From: an uncultured Verrucomicrobiae bacterium
GTDB taxonomy: Bacteria > Verrucomicrobiota > Verrucomicrobiia > Chthoniobacterales > UBA10450
Direction: 5' to 3'
Length of the DNA stretch: 64,000 nucleotides
NCBI GenBank assembly: GCA_963735805.1
Contig: CAVTMK010000004.1
Span: 256,001-320,000, forward strand
Made by a program: the position numbers and the translations under genes. This document shows positions 18,008-27,537 of the stretch, piece by piece. How positions within the stretch are numbered: the first letter of the stretch is position 1; each line of letters begins with the position of its first letter. Under the pieces are notes generated by a model, which saw only the letters and a list, made by a program, of their open reading frames with translations, made no database searches and was not told the origin of the DNA.

Positions 18008-20860
18008 ATGCGCGACACTCCCACTCCTGCCCCGGTGGATCTCCAAAAGGAGCCGGGAATTTGCCCCGAATGCGGATCCATTTCGCGCGTCGGACGAAGT
18101 CTTTGTCTAAGCTGCCTTCTTTCCGCAGGGGTCGGCACCAATGGCCACAACGGTGACGCGTCCGTCGCAACTTCAGCCAAGGAGGAAACGCTTGATGACG
18201 TGCTTGGCGAACTCGACGTGTGCGACGCCGATTGGCGCATAGGCAATTATCAAATTCTGGAAGAAATTGGGCGCGGCGGGATGGGCGTCATTTATCGGGC
18301 CCGACAACGGCACTCGCGCCGCGTCGTTGCACTGAAACGAATACTATCGTACCACGCTGATTCCCAGGAAACACTGGCGCGTTTTCGGCGTGAGGCGCAA
18401 GCCGCAGCGAGCCTCGATCATCCAAACATTCTGCCTATCTATGAAGTAAGCGAATGCGATGATGGGTTGCCATTTTTCAGCATGAAGTTCGCCGGCGGGG
18501 GCAGCCTGTTAGAGGCAGCTCCGGCACTACGTAGTGAACCGCGGCGCGCGGCAGCGTTGATGGTGAAGGTTGCGCGGGCAGTTCAATACGCGCATGGGCA
18601 AGGGATTCTGCACCGGGATTTGAAACCGGGCAACGTTTTACTGGATGGCCGCGGGGAACCGCTGGTGAGCGATTTCGGCCTAGCCAAATGGCTGGACACC
18701 AGCAGTCATCTGACTCGCACACTGACAATTTTTGGAACACCCGGTTACATCGCGCCTGAGCAGGTGAATGGATCGGCGGCAAGCCTTGGTCCGGCATCTG
18801 ATGTTTATAGTTTGGGTGCGATTTTGTTCGATTTGTTGACGGGTCGTCCGCCATTTTTGGGTGAGCACGCGCTGAAGGTGATCCAGCAAGCGAGCGAGAA
18901 GCCGGCGCCCAAGCTGAGAACATTGATGCCCTCGCTGGATCGGGATCTGGAGACGATCTGCTCGAAAAGCTTGGAGCGTGAACCAGCGGCTCGATATCGC
19001 TCTGCGGGTGCTCTTGCCGAAGACCTCGAACGCTGGCTGGAAGGCCGCCACATTATCGCGCGTCCAGTTTCGCCGCCTGCTCGTGCCTGGCGCTGGACGC
19101 GTCGGAATCCGGTGATCGCCGGGATGGGCGCGCTCCTGATGGTGTTGGGGTCGGCAGTTGGAGTGATGATTTGGAACGGCGAGATGGCGCCTCCGCCTGC
19201 GGCAAGTGGCATTGCAGTTCTGCCTTTCGAAAGCCTAAGTCCAGATAAAGAAAATACGTTTTTCGCTGACGGCGTTTACGACGGCGTTTCTACCAAGCTG
19301 GCGAAAGTGGCCAATCTAAAGGTCATCAGCCATAACAGCGTGGCAAAGTACCGCGGCGCCCGAAACACACAGGAAATTGGTCGTGCCTTGAATGTGGCTT
19401 ACGTGCTCGAGGGAAGCGTGCGCAGAGAAGCGGGCAGAATCCACTTGAATGCCCAACTAATTGATTCGCGAACGGACGCGCATGTGTGGGCGCAAGAATA
19501 CGATCGGGATTTGAATGACGTGTTCACGCTCCAAAGCGAGATCGCGGAAAAAGTCGCAGATCAACTGGGAGCAGAACCATCGTCTACAGAGAAGGCCGCT
19601 ATCCAGGAGCCGCCCACTACGGACCTTGTTGCGTACGATGCTTACCTCCGGGCAAAAGACCTTATCAATGGCATTGCATTTAGTTCCCGGGCGAAAGAGG
19701 ATTTGTTCCAAGCCGTGCAATTGCTTGATCAAGCTGTTGCCCGCGACCCGTTATTCTTTGATGCGTATTGTCAGCTCGCCGGTGCGCATGATCGCATTTA
19801 TTTCCTCGGTTTCGATCACACCGATACGCGCCTCAAACTGGCCGAGACAAACCTCCAATCAGTTCGTCGTCTCCGGCCCGAGTCAGGAGAAACGCATCTG
19901 GCGCTGGCTCAGCATTATTACTGGGCGTATCGGGATTACGACCGGGCTAAGTCGGAGTTAGTTGCGGCTGGGCATTCTTTGCCTAACGAATCTCGAATTC
20001 CTCTCTTGACCGGCTATATCGATCGGCGCCAGGGGCAGTGGGAGAAATCCATCGAGGAAATGAACAAGGCATTGGAGCTGGATCCGCGCGATTTTTCCAT
20101 TCTCCAGCAAATCTCTATCACTTATGCAGGTCTGCGCCGCTACAAGGAAATGGCCGCGACCTTGGACCGCGCCCTAACCATTGCTCCTAAAGATATTCCT
20201 ACCCGAGTATGGCGCGCTTGGGTTGACCTCGAGTGGCGCGCCGACACGAAACCGCTGCATGCGGCGATCGAGACAATCTTGGCCGAGGACCCGAACGCAG
20301 CGCCTTATGTGGCTGAAAAACGCCTCGCTCTTGCCTTGCGGGAACGCGATCCTGCCGCAGCTAATCGCGCGATTGCCGCTATGCCGGCTGATGGTGGGGA
20401 ATGCTACGATGATAACATTCCGTTCCCTAACAGTTGGTGCGAGGGACTTGCTGCGCGTCTCCGCGGCGATGACGCTGCAGCTCGCACCGCCTTCAAGAAT
20501 GCGCGAAGAGAACTCGAGCAAAAGGTGCATGGCCAACCAAATTATGCGGCTGCTCTCTGCGCACTTGGTGTGGTCGATGCTGCTCTGGGAAATAAGGAAG
20601 ACGCCATCCGCGAGGGTGAAAGCGCGATCAAGCTGCTACCGGTCAGCAAAAGTGCCGCCGAGGGTGCATTGCTGATGAAAAATCTAGCGGTCATTTATGC
20701 GTGGACGGGGGAAAAAGATCGCGCCATCAAACAATTAACTGAAACAGCCAGGTTGTTTAATGATTTGAGCTATGGCCATCTGCGCCTCAATCCTCTTTGG
20801 GACCCGTTGCGGGGCGACCCGCGCTTTGAAGCACTTGTTGCTTCCCTCGCACCGAAGTAA
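18008..20860 (+). CDS. Hanks-type Ser/Thr kinase 2, paralog of kinase 1
   Basis: CPEC..CLSC; IGRGGMG, HRDLKPGN, DFGLA, GTPGYIAPE; TM; IAVLPFE; TPR; WDPLRGDPRF. Confidence 0.93.
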   Translation: MRDTPTPAPVDLQKEPGICPECGSISRVGRSLCLSCLLSAGVGTNGHNGDASVATSAKEETLDDVLGELDVCDADWRIGNYQILEEIGRGGMGVIYRARQRHSRRVVALKRILSYHADSQETLARFRREAQAAASLDHPNILPIYEVSECDDGLPFFSMKFAGGGSLLEAAPALRSEPRRAAALMVKVARAVQYAHGQGILHRDLKPGNVLLDGRGEPLVSDFGLAKWLDTSSHLTRTLTIFGTPGYIAPEQVNGSAASLGPASDVYSLGAILFDLLTGRPPFLGEHALKVIQQASEKPAPKLRTLMPSLDRDLETICSKSLEREPAARYRSAGALAEDLERWLEGRHIIARPVSPPARAWRWTRRNPVIAGMGALLMVLGSAVGVMIWNGEMAPPPAASGIAVLPFESLSPDKENTFFADGVYDGVSTKLAKVANLKVISHNSVAKYRGARNTQEIGRALNVAYVLEGSVRREAGRIHLNAQLIDSRTDAHVWAQEYDRDLNDVFTLQSEIAEKVADQLGAEPSSTEKAAIQEPPTTDLVAYDAYLRAKDLINGIAFSSRAKEDLFQAVQLLDQAVARDPLFFDAYCQLAGAHDRIYFLGFDHTDTRLKLAETNLQSVRRLRPESGETHLALAQHYYWAYRDYDRAKSELVAAGHSLPNESRIPLLTGYIDRRQGQWEKSIEEMNKALELDPRDFSILQQISITYAGLRRYKEMAATLDRALTIAPKDIPTRVWRAWVDLEWRADTKPLHAAIETILAEDPNAAPYVAEKRLALALRERDPAAANRAIAAMPADGGECYDDNIPFPNSWCEGLAARLRGDDAAARTAFKNARRELEQKVHGQPNYAAALCALGVVDAALGNKEDAIREGESAIKLLPVSKSAAEGALLMKNLAVIYAWTGEKDRAIKQLTETARLFNDLSYGHLRLNPLWDPLRGDPRFEALVASLAPK

Positions 20861-21314
20861 CAAATCGCGCGAAGTGCTTTAGGAGGGGGCCGGTGCTCCG
20901 TCCCTTTTCCGCCGCCACAGGAAAGGTTAATGAATCGGCGATTTCTTCGCTAGAGGAAGAAAAGAACAAAGAAGAACGAGGAACGCGGAGCAAATTAGCC
21001 GCCGGTTCTTTGTTTCTTCGTCGTGCAATAAAATGTCTCTGCGTTTTTCATGTCCATCTAAAGTCTCGCGGCTAGCATGACGAGTTTGATTGCGCCTAAG
21101 CCAGGTTTCAAAAGAACCAAAATGAAGCGTTTCCATTGTCAGACGCCGTGCTCTGTGCGCTTCGTGTCTGGCTTCTTGTTTCTGCGTTCTCGGCCGTTGT
21201 GCCTCGGTTTACCTCGTTTACCTTGAGGGAAAGTACTACAGGTATTTCAGGTATCTGCCCCACTTGACCAGCTCTGACTCAAGTGCCACTATAACATTTT
21301 TTTTATTTTTCTAG

Positions 21315-21343
21315 TTGACACTTATTCACATCACCTGTAACCG
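21315..21343 (+). promoter_or_regulatory. Possible sigma70 promoter of the peptide gene
   Basis: TTGACA(21315-20)-17 nt-TAACCG with TG extension; T-rich UP-like tract upstream. Confidence 0.4.
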
Positions 21344-21352
21344 TGCCAACTT

Positions 21353-21628
21353 ATGAAAAAGCTCCAAGCAAGAATCACCACACGCTTGGTCGTAGCAATG
21401 CTGGTTACTGTGGCTGTTATTAGTCTTAGTGCCCTTGCAATGCATGCGCCCACTCAGAACCAAAACTCTGCGGCCCGTTCGCTGAAGAATATTCAAACTG
21501 ACAAGGCCACACTGTTCTACGCGGACCAAAAGATTCAGCGAAGTTTCTGTGTCGAGATGGTCCTGCCCGGAACGACCGAGAGTAAGGCTGCGACCGAGAA
21601 CCTGAAACTGGTGGCAGCGACACTCTAA
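21353..21628 (+). CDS. Small secreted peptide (91 aa), candidate substrate of the downstream SdpA/SdpB-like pair
   Basis: MKK start, hydrophobic core, ALA cleavage site; ~62-aa mature region; promoter upstream and hairpin downstream. Confidence 0.65.
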   Translation: MKKLQARITTRLVVAMLVTVAVISLSALAMHAPTQNQNSAARSLKNIQTDKATLFYADQKIQRSFCVEMVLPGTTESKAATENLKLVAATL

Positions 21629-21654
21629 ATCGCTGTTTGACTGACGAATAGATT

Positions 21655-21685
21655 TGGCCAGGCCCGAACCCCTCGGGTCTGGCCA
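21655..21685 (+). terminator. Strong hairpin after the peptide gene (mRNA stabiliser or partial terminator)
   Basis: TGGCCAGGCCCGA-acccc-TCGGGTCTGGCCA, 13-bp stem with one G-U; only a weak U tail. Confidence 0.6.
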
Positions 21686-21846
21686 TGTTGTGTACCGCTC
21701 CGGGTCGAAAAATAAGGTTTCCAAGCCTTACTCGACCGTGCGCTCGCGTTAAAAAGTCCGTGCGGAACTACGCACGATTTGTCTTGCCTGTTCGCGAGCT
21801 TTGAAATCAATCGCCGAGGCTGCAAGGTGCCGTTAGGATTAACGCG

Positions 21847-22467
21847 ATGCTTTCAAAGCGCATTTACGCCGCCTGGTTCGCGGGACATTTCTTTCTCATC
21901 ACGGCGGTTTGCGCTGCCGGGATCTTCTCGCTTGTTGCGCAAGGCTCAACCATCTTACCGTCAGCACTTGATGGTTGCGCGCGCAAGGCCGAACTGGTTG
22001 CGGCGTTTGTCCTAGGGAAGGAGGCCGTCGCGTCTAGTCCGGTGCGACAAGGCATAGCTACTTATCTTCATGCCGCTGGCATCCAGGCTGGATACAGTTT
22101 TTTCGCTCCCAACATTCCGGGTTATCACAAGTTGACCCTGGAACTATATTACGCAGACGGGCGCGTAGAATATGAATCGCCGCACGTTAGCGGTAAAGCA
22201 GCTGGGCTGCGTCTGACCAGTTTATTAGATCGATTGGCAGACGAACGTTATGAACCGTTACGGGAAGTAGTGGTTAAGATGCTTGCGCTCTCTGTCTGGA
22301 GAGAGCGTCCTGAGGTAAAAAAAATCCGGGCCACCTTCGGGACGGTTACCTCGCCTGACATCGGTGACTTTGAGCATGGAAAAGGTGAATCATTCCAACC
22401 CATGTTTAGTTACGACTTCAGCCTGCGTGAGCAAGACAGGCAGAAAGACGCATCTCATATCCCCTGA
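21847..22467 (+). CDS. SdpA/DUF5819-like membrane-anchored protein
   Basis: N-terminal TM; QAGYSFFAPNIP resembles the Q-x-W-x-F-FAP-x-P motif of HTTM partner proteins; lies directly upstream of an HTTM gene. Confidence 0.6.
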   Translation: MLSKRIYAAWFAGHFFLITAVCAAGIFSLVAQGSTILPSALDGCARKAELVAAFVLGKEAVASSPVRQGIATYLHAAGIQAGYSFFAPNIPGYHKLTLELYYADGRVEYESPHVSGKAAGLRLTSLLDRLADERYEPLREVVVKMLALSVWRERPEVKKIRATFGTVTSPDIGDFEHGKGESFQPMFSYDFSLREQDRQKDASHIP

Positions 22468-22624
22468 TTCTTGAAACGATGCGAGGACTCGTCGCACTCC
22501 GAAAGCACTCAATTACTGAAGTGCGTGAGAAACGTCTCTTTGTTTTTTATCGCAGCTTTCGAAATGCGCATACGTCATCGCATCGCTTTAACACAACTCC
22601 TACGAAACCGTTGGTAGCAATACC

Positions 22625-23632
22625 ATGACTCCGTTGCGCGGCGTGTCCGAGATGCAGAAACGCATAATGGAGTTTCTATTTCCGCAGGAAACGGACAAGT
22701 GGCTCGCGGCTTTGCGTATCGGCCTGGGCCTGCAAGTAACTGTGTACGCGCTGTTCTTACGGAATGACTGGCACTATTTGTTCGCCAGCACTGGCAAAGG
22801 TCTCGTGAGCCGCCAACTTGGAGAAGCCATTACATCTTTCGACAGTCCACTGATTCCAAAGCTTGGCTGGCTTGTTGCCATTGGAGGTTATGCCCACATC
22901 GGCGAAGACGCGATGCTTTCGATTAGCTGGGCGTGCTTGCTTTGTATGGGGTTTCTCTTGTTACTGGGACTTTTCTGCCGCCAGGCTGCGATCCTTGCAT
23001 GGTTTCTTCATCTTTGCGCAGCTGAAAGCGGCGGGCTGTTAGCATACGGTGCTGACAACCTCATGACTACAGGTCTGTTTTACTTGATGTTGTCGCCTCT
23101 CCCAGACCGGTACTCACTCGATTGCTGGCTGCTGAAGATAGAACCGAAGGACTCACAACTTTTAGGTTTTTGGCGGCGGGTTTTACAGGTGCACATGTGC
23201 CTTGTTTACTTTGTTGGTGGTCTGGCAAAATGCCTGGGCAGTGGTTGGTGGAATGGCTCCAATCTCTGGCAATCGCTGACCCGGCCACCCTTCGATCTCA
23301 TTTCCCCGGACGTTCTTGTTCGATTCAAATACGCGCTGCCAATTCTTGGAATTTCGATCTGCCTGATCGAACTAGGTTACCCATTTTTCATTTGGATAAA
23401 GAAGACCCGTCTGTTTTGGTTGATTTGCATTTTGGCTATGCATGCCGCCATCGGACTAGCCATGGGGATGTACCTTTTCGCTCTGGTAATGATTGTTTTG
23501 AATCTTGCCGCGTTCGGTATTGGAATGCGCAAAGGGCCGGCCGTCTCGGCCGAGGTCACAGCAGGCGGGGGCGCGGAGCAACGTTCGAACGTTCCCGGAT
23601 TGCGCCGCGGCACGTCTCCGCTTCGCGGTTGA
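22625..23632 (+). CDS. HTTM-domain membrane protein (SdpB / vitamin K-dependent carboxylase N-terminal-like)
   Basis: LAALRIGLG, YGADN, QVHMCLVYFVGGLAK...WWNGS, IEL, MHAAIGLAMGMYLF. Confidence 0.85.
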   Translation: MTPLRGVSEMQKRIMEFLFPQETDKWLAALRIGLGLQVTVYALFLRNDWHYLFASTGKGLVSRQLGEAITSFDSPLIPKLGWLVAIGGYAHIGEDAMLSISWACLLCMGFLLLLGLFCRQAAILAWFLHLCAAESGGLLAYGADNLMTTGLFYLMLSPLPDRYSLDCWLLKIEPKDSQLLGFWRRVLQVHMCLVYFVGGLAKCLGSGWWNGSNLWQSLTRPPFDLISPDVLVRFKYALPILGISICLIELGYPFFIWIKKTRLFWLICILAMHAAIGLAMGMYLFALVMIVLNLAAFGIGMRKGPAVSAEVTAGGGAEQRSNVPGLRRGTSPLRG

Positions 23633-23634
23633 AT

Positions 23635-23994
23635 TCAACCGACGCGGAAGCGCACGTCGCGAATCGTCTTGCCGCCGAAGCGCTGTTTTAATTTCCTCAA
23701 AATTTCGGGCTTTGAAATTTGTTCCAGTTCGTAGTGCAAGGCTGGCTGTAGCACGCGAACGTAGAGAACGCCTTCGCGCAACGCCACCGGCGCCGAATGC
23801 GTAGCAATGAATTCACCAACGATCTTTCCCCAGGCATCAATTACCTCAGTCTCATGTAAACGTTCGCGCAACCCGAGGCGTTGCATCAATTTTGGAACCA
23901 ACGTGGACGGCGACTGCCACCGGTCCGCTCGCAACTTTCTCTCGGGAAGACCTCGCCATTCGGCTATGACGGTGGCGCGGAGAGAAGGATTCAT
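23635..23994 (-). CDS. DUF721/DciA family protein
   Basis: DAWGKIVGEFIATHSAPVALREGVLYV...IRDVRFRVG. Confidence 0.85.
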   Translation of the reverse strand: MNPSLRATVIAEWRGLPERKLRADRWQSPSTLVPKLMQRLGLRERLHETEVIDAWGKIVGEFIATHSAPVALREGVLYVRVLQPALHYELEQISKPEILRKLKQRFGGKTIRDVRFRVG

Positions 23995-24072
23995 GGTGAG
24001 ATGTGAATTGTGATTCGCATCTTGTGACACGATTGCAATGGAACGTTTTAAGGGATCATGCCAGGAGTGGCC

Positions 24073-25518
24073 TCAATATTTCCGCCGCATGTGACTTGGC
24101 AGAATATTCAACTCGGTGCGGTACTTGGCTACGGTGCGCCGCGCGATGGGGATCCCACGCTCACTCAGGATCTCAACGATTTCACTGTCGCTCAGCGGTG
24201 CACTGCCATCTTCGCGCTTCACTAGATCAAGGACAGCTTCCTTTACGCTGGTATTGCTCAGCGATTGGCCGGTCGCGGTTTGATAGCCGGACGTAAAAAA
24301 ATATTTCATTTCGAAAACACCCTGGGGCGTGGCCATGTACTTTCCTGATACCGCGCGACTGACGGTCGTCTCATGCACGCCGACCGCATCGGCAACTTCA
24401 CCCATGGTCATTGGCTTCAGATGCGATGGTCCATGCTCAAAAAAATCGCGCTGTCTACCGAGAATCTGCTGCGCGATGTTGGAAATCGTTTGCTGGCGTT
24501 GATGGATAGAACGGATAAGAAATTTCCCGCTCCGGATTTTGTCGCGAATGTAATCCTTAACTTCACTGCTCTGCGTGTTACCTGACGCAAAGATATCCTT
24601 GTAAAGATTGCTTATCCTCAAATGCGGAATCTGCTCGTTGTTAAGGATGATCTGATATTCGCCGTCCACCTTTTCCACCGTTACATCCGGCAGCACATAG
24701 TTTTGCGGCGAAGTAGCAAACACCTGACCGGGACGCGGATTCAGCCGCCCAATGTTGCAGGCTGCCTTTTGTATGTCTTCCACACCGATCGCCATCCGGC
24801 GTGCGATCTCGGGAAAGCGACGCTTGCCCAAATCCTCCATGTATTCGGACGCGATTTTGTACTCCAGGCTGTTTTCTTTTCCTTCGCGCCCAAGTTGAAT
24901 GAGCAAACACTCACGTAAGTCGCGCGCCCCGACTCCCGGCGGGTAAAAGCCCTGGATCAAACCCAGCATTCTGTCGAAGTCTTCCTTGGGCATTCCCGAG
25001 TTGAGGGCCATTTCTTCCGGCGTGCTTTGGAGAAATCCATTGTCATCGATGTTGCCAATTATTAATTCGGCAGCTTTTCGGTCGCTAACGTTGAGGGCGC
25101 TCTGATTCAGTTGTCCCAGCAAATTTTGCTGAAGCGTTTCCTGTACCGCAATGGAATCGAAAAGGAACTGGCGCTTATCTTTCTCTTCCTGTGAACTGCG
25201 AAAGCCGTCAGAGCCGGGGCCGGACGACTGAGCCATGTAATGGCGCCATTCCTCATCCAGGCTGGCCAGCTTCTCGAATTCGTTTTTGAAATTGTCATCA
25301 GCGTCAGTCTCGCCTTCGCTCGGTGTATCCGGACCAGGCTCATCGGACAATTCTTCCAGAACGGGGTTTGTTTCCATTTCCTGCTGAACGAGATTCCGCA
25401 GCTCGAGCAGGGGCGTCTGCAGCACGAGCAGACTCTGTTGTAATTGGGGCGAGAGAACCTGCTGTAACGCAAGACTCTGCGCGGGAAGCAGTCTGGTCTG
25501 CATTCCTTGTCCGGCCAT
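24073..25518 (-). CDS. rpoN: RNA polymerase sigma-54 factor
   Basis: PQLQQSL N-terminus, GVGARDLRECL, HETTVSRAV, RpoN box ARRTVAKYR. Confidence 0.98.
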   Translation of the reverse strand: MAGQGMQTRLLPAQSLALQQVLSPQLQQSLLVLQTPLLELRNLVQQEMETNPVLEELSDEPGPDTPSEGETDADDNFKNEFEKLASLDEEWRHYMAQSSGPGSDGFRSSQEEKDKRQFLFDSIAVQETLQQNLLGQLNQSALNVSDRKAAELIIGNIDDNGFLQSTPEEMALNSGMPKEDFDRMLGLIQGFYPPGVGARDLRECLLIQLGREGKENSLEYKIASEYMEDLGKRRFPEIARRMAIGVEDIQKAACNIGRLNPRPGQVFATSPQNYVLPDVTVEKVDGEYQIILNNEQIPHLRISNLYKDIFASGNTQSSEVKDYIRDKIRSGKFLIRSIHQRQQTISNIAQQILGRQRDFFEHGPSHLKPMTMGEVADAVGVHETTVSRAVSGKYMATPQGVFEMKYFFTSGYQTATGQSLSNTSVKEAVLDLVKREDGSAPLSDSEIVEILSERGIPIARRTVAKYRTELNILPSHMRRKY

Positions 25519-25591
25519 ACGCCGAGTTTACCGGCGTCGCAGACAGCGAGCAAGCAGTTCAGCGGAGAACGATTTCTGAAAACCAACGGAA

Positions 25592-26830
25592 TCAATCGCC
25601 AACCGATTCCGTTACAGTCCTCCCGTTTATCATGACCCAGTCAATGTCCCCATCGAACGCCACCATGTGTTCGAACAGATCCCCGTGCTCACTCCATGGA
25701 ATCGCTATGAGATCTGATCGAAATCCGGGTCGAATCCGGCCAAGGCTGTTCTGCTGCCGCAGCGCCGACGCCGGATTTACTGTTACCATCTCAAGGATCT
25801 TCTCAGGTGAGCTCTCCGGTACACTGCGTTGAAACACGCGCATCTCTGCAAATAAGCTCAGACTCTCGTTGCTGGCCAGGCTGTCGGTGCCTAAGCAAAC
25901 GTTAAACCCGAGAGCATGCAGCCGCTCGAATGGAAATGGGCTGTGACCAAAATACTGGTGACTTCGCGGCGAATGCACGACATGAAATCTTGTGTTCATT
26001 TCTTCCAGCAACTCGAAGTCGCTTTCGCTCAATTCGTTTAGATGCACAACGAGCCAATCGTTGTTATTCCGAGCGAAGCGAAGAGAAGGTGAGGAATCCT
26101 TGGCTGTCATGAAACGCATTAAGGGTGTGCCATCCCCGCAGTCCCCCATCGGCCGTCCAATACCTTTCATGAATTCGTAAAGTGGACCTGATCCATCGCG
26201 AAACATTTCCATTTCCTCTCGCGATTCCGCCAGATGTGTCGTCAGCAAAACATTTGCGGCGGCTTCTTCACAGCATTGATACAAATTTTTGGATGCCGTA
26301 AACAAGGCATGCGGCGCTAACCCGTAATCTTGCGCGAACTTCAGTTCCTCGAGCGCAGAAGCGACGATTTGGTTTGTCCGATTCGATGAGCGCACATCGA
26401 TTAATTCAGCGAACCACCATGTCCGAATTGGTGGATCCGGAAACTCGCGAATCAATTCCGGAAACCCGGTTAGATTTGCGATGGTTGTTGTGCCGAATCC
26501 TTGTGCCTCGGCAAATCCTTCGTTGATCGCGGCGACGTAGTCCTCCGTCGCGAGTTTCGATTTTTCCGAGTTAATAGCTTGGATCCAATCGGTGAAGGAT
26601 TTTTGGCGCGGGATTTTCCCACGCAAACATGTGTAATCGAGGTGACAATGGGCGTTGATCAGGCCTGGCAGCAGCGCACGCTCGCCAAGATCGACCACGG
26701 GCCCAGAATTGCGTGTTTTGATCTGGTCGAATTTTCCAACATCGCCGATCCGATCTCCGGAAGTTGCGACTGCGCCATTCTCAATGGGCGGTCCATCCAT
26801 CGTCACGATGGCGCGGGCGCGAAGAATCAT
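25592..26830 (-). CDS. Metal-dependent amidohydrolase (MTA/SAH deaminase-like)
   Basis: PGLINAHCHLD, APHA, HLAESREE, LGTDS; ATG 26830 overlaps the upstream stop (ATGA). Confidence 0.88.
   Translation of the reverse strand: MILRARAIVTMDGPPIENGAVATSGDRIGDVGKFDQIKTRNSGPVVDLGERALLPGLINAHCHLDYTCLRGKIPRQKSFTDWIQAINSEKSKLATEDYVAAINEGFAEAQGFGTTTIANLTGFPELIREFPDPPIRTWWFAELIDVRSSNRTNQIVASALEELKFAQDYGLAPHALFTASKNLYQCCEEAAANVLLTTHLAESREEMEMFRDGSGPLYEFMKGIGRPMGDCGDGTPLMRFMTAKDSSPSLRFARNNNDWLVVHLNELSESDFELLEEMNTRFHVVHSPRSHQYFGHSPFPFERLHALGFNVCLGTDSLASNESLSLFAEMRVFQRSVPESSPEKILEMVTVNPASALRQQNSLGRIRPGFRSDLIAIPWSEHGDLFEHMVAFDGDIDWVMINGRTVTESVGD
26063..26100. repeat. Half copy of the GTCATTC-type palindromic element, in-frame in the amidohydrolase
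   Basis: GTTATTCCGAGCGAAGCG...GAGGAATCC matches the left arm of the 35663 and 32502 copies. Confidence 0.6.
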
Positions 26831-27507
26831 TCCCCTCTTACTTCTTTCCGGCATGCAGCCACCAAAAGATTGCACGGCTCCTGGCACAGAAGTGGAATCG
26901 TAGCCGGGGTGGCCATGTCCGATGTGGCTTTGGAGAAATGGGATGACCCCGGCTCATCCAATGCTTGGACCTGATCGCAGGTTGGATCGAACTTTTGTTT
27001 CGACAGCTTTGTTGAGGCGGTCGTTCCGCGCTGATCGCGTTTCCACAAGATCGTGCGTAAACAACTGCCATTAGATCGGCAAAAATCCGCGACCAGATCG
27101 TCAATCTGCGCGTCTGAAATCTTGGCAGCGATTCGATACATCCCCGATTGGCGATCCAATGTTTCGCGCAGCGATGTAGTGCCCAGTTGCCCGCACTGCC
27201 ACGCCACGAAGACGGCCAGCCTGCCGGGATAAAGATGATCGAGAGCGTGTTTTAATTCATCAGATGTCCGGGGGTTCATGCGCCAGTCATGCCGTAAATT
27301 CGGCGCAGTTTTTAGCGCGCGATAGTTTCCGTCGTCGTCATATTTTGCGATCTCGATCGCGTCTTCCGGGTTTTCAAACAGTTCCAAATCATCGCGCTCC
27401 TCGTCGTCTCGATGGCATAGGACGAAACTGTTGCCGATTTTTCGAACTAAAATCTGGCCGAAACAAAAAGGAACCGCTTTGAAAACCCGCTCGACGGGAT
27501 TTTGCAT
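26827..27507 (-). CDS. DR2241-family C-terminal-domain protein (CbiX-associated, 4-Cys probable Fe-S)
   Basis: GNYRALKTAPNL, YPG, LRETLDRQSGMY, FC..CLRTILW, CQEPCNLL. Confidence 0.75.
   Translation of the reverse strand: MQNPVERVFKAVPFCFGQILVRKIGNSFVLCHRDDEERDDLELFENPEDAIEIAKYDDDGNYRALKTAPNLRHDWRMNPRTSDELKHALDHLYPGRLAVFVAWQCGQLGTTSLRETLDRQSGMYRIAAKISDAQIDDLVADFCRSNGSCLRTILWKRDQRGTTASTKLSKQKFDPTCDQVQALDEPGSSHFSKATSDMATPATIPLLCQEPCNLLVAACRKEVRGE
26900..26954. repeat. GTAG-type REP-like palindrome in-frame in the DR2241-family gene
   Basis: GTAGCCGGGGT...ACCCCGGCT. Confidence 0.55.
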
Positions 27508-27537
27508 CGGTAGGGCGCGACCGACGGACACGCCGTG

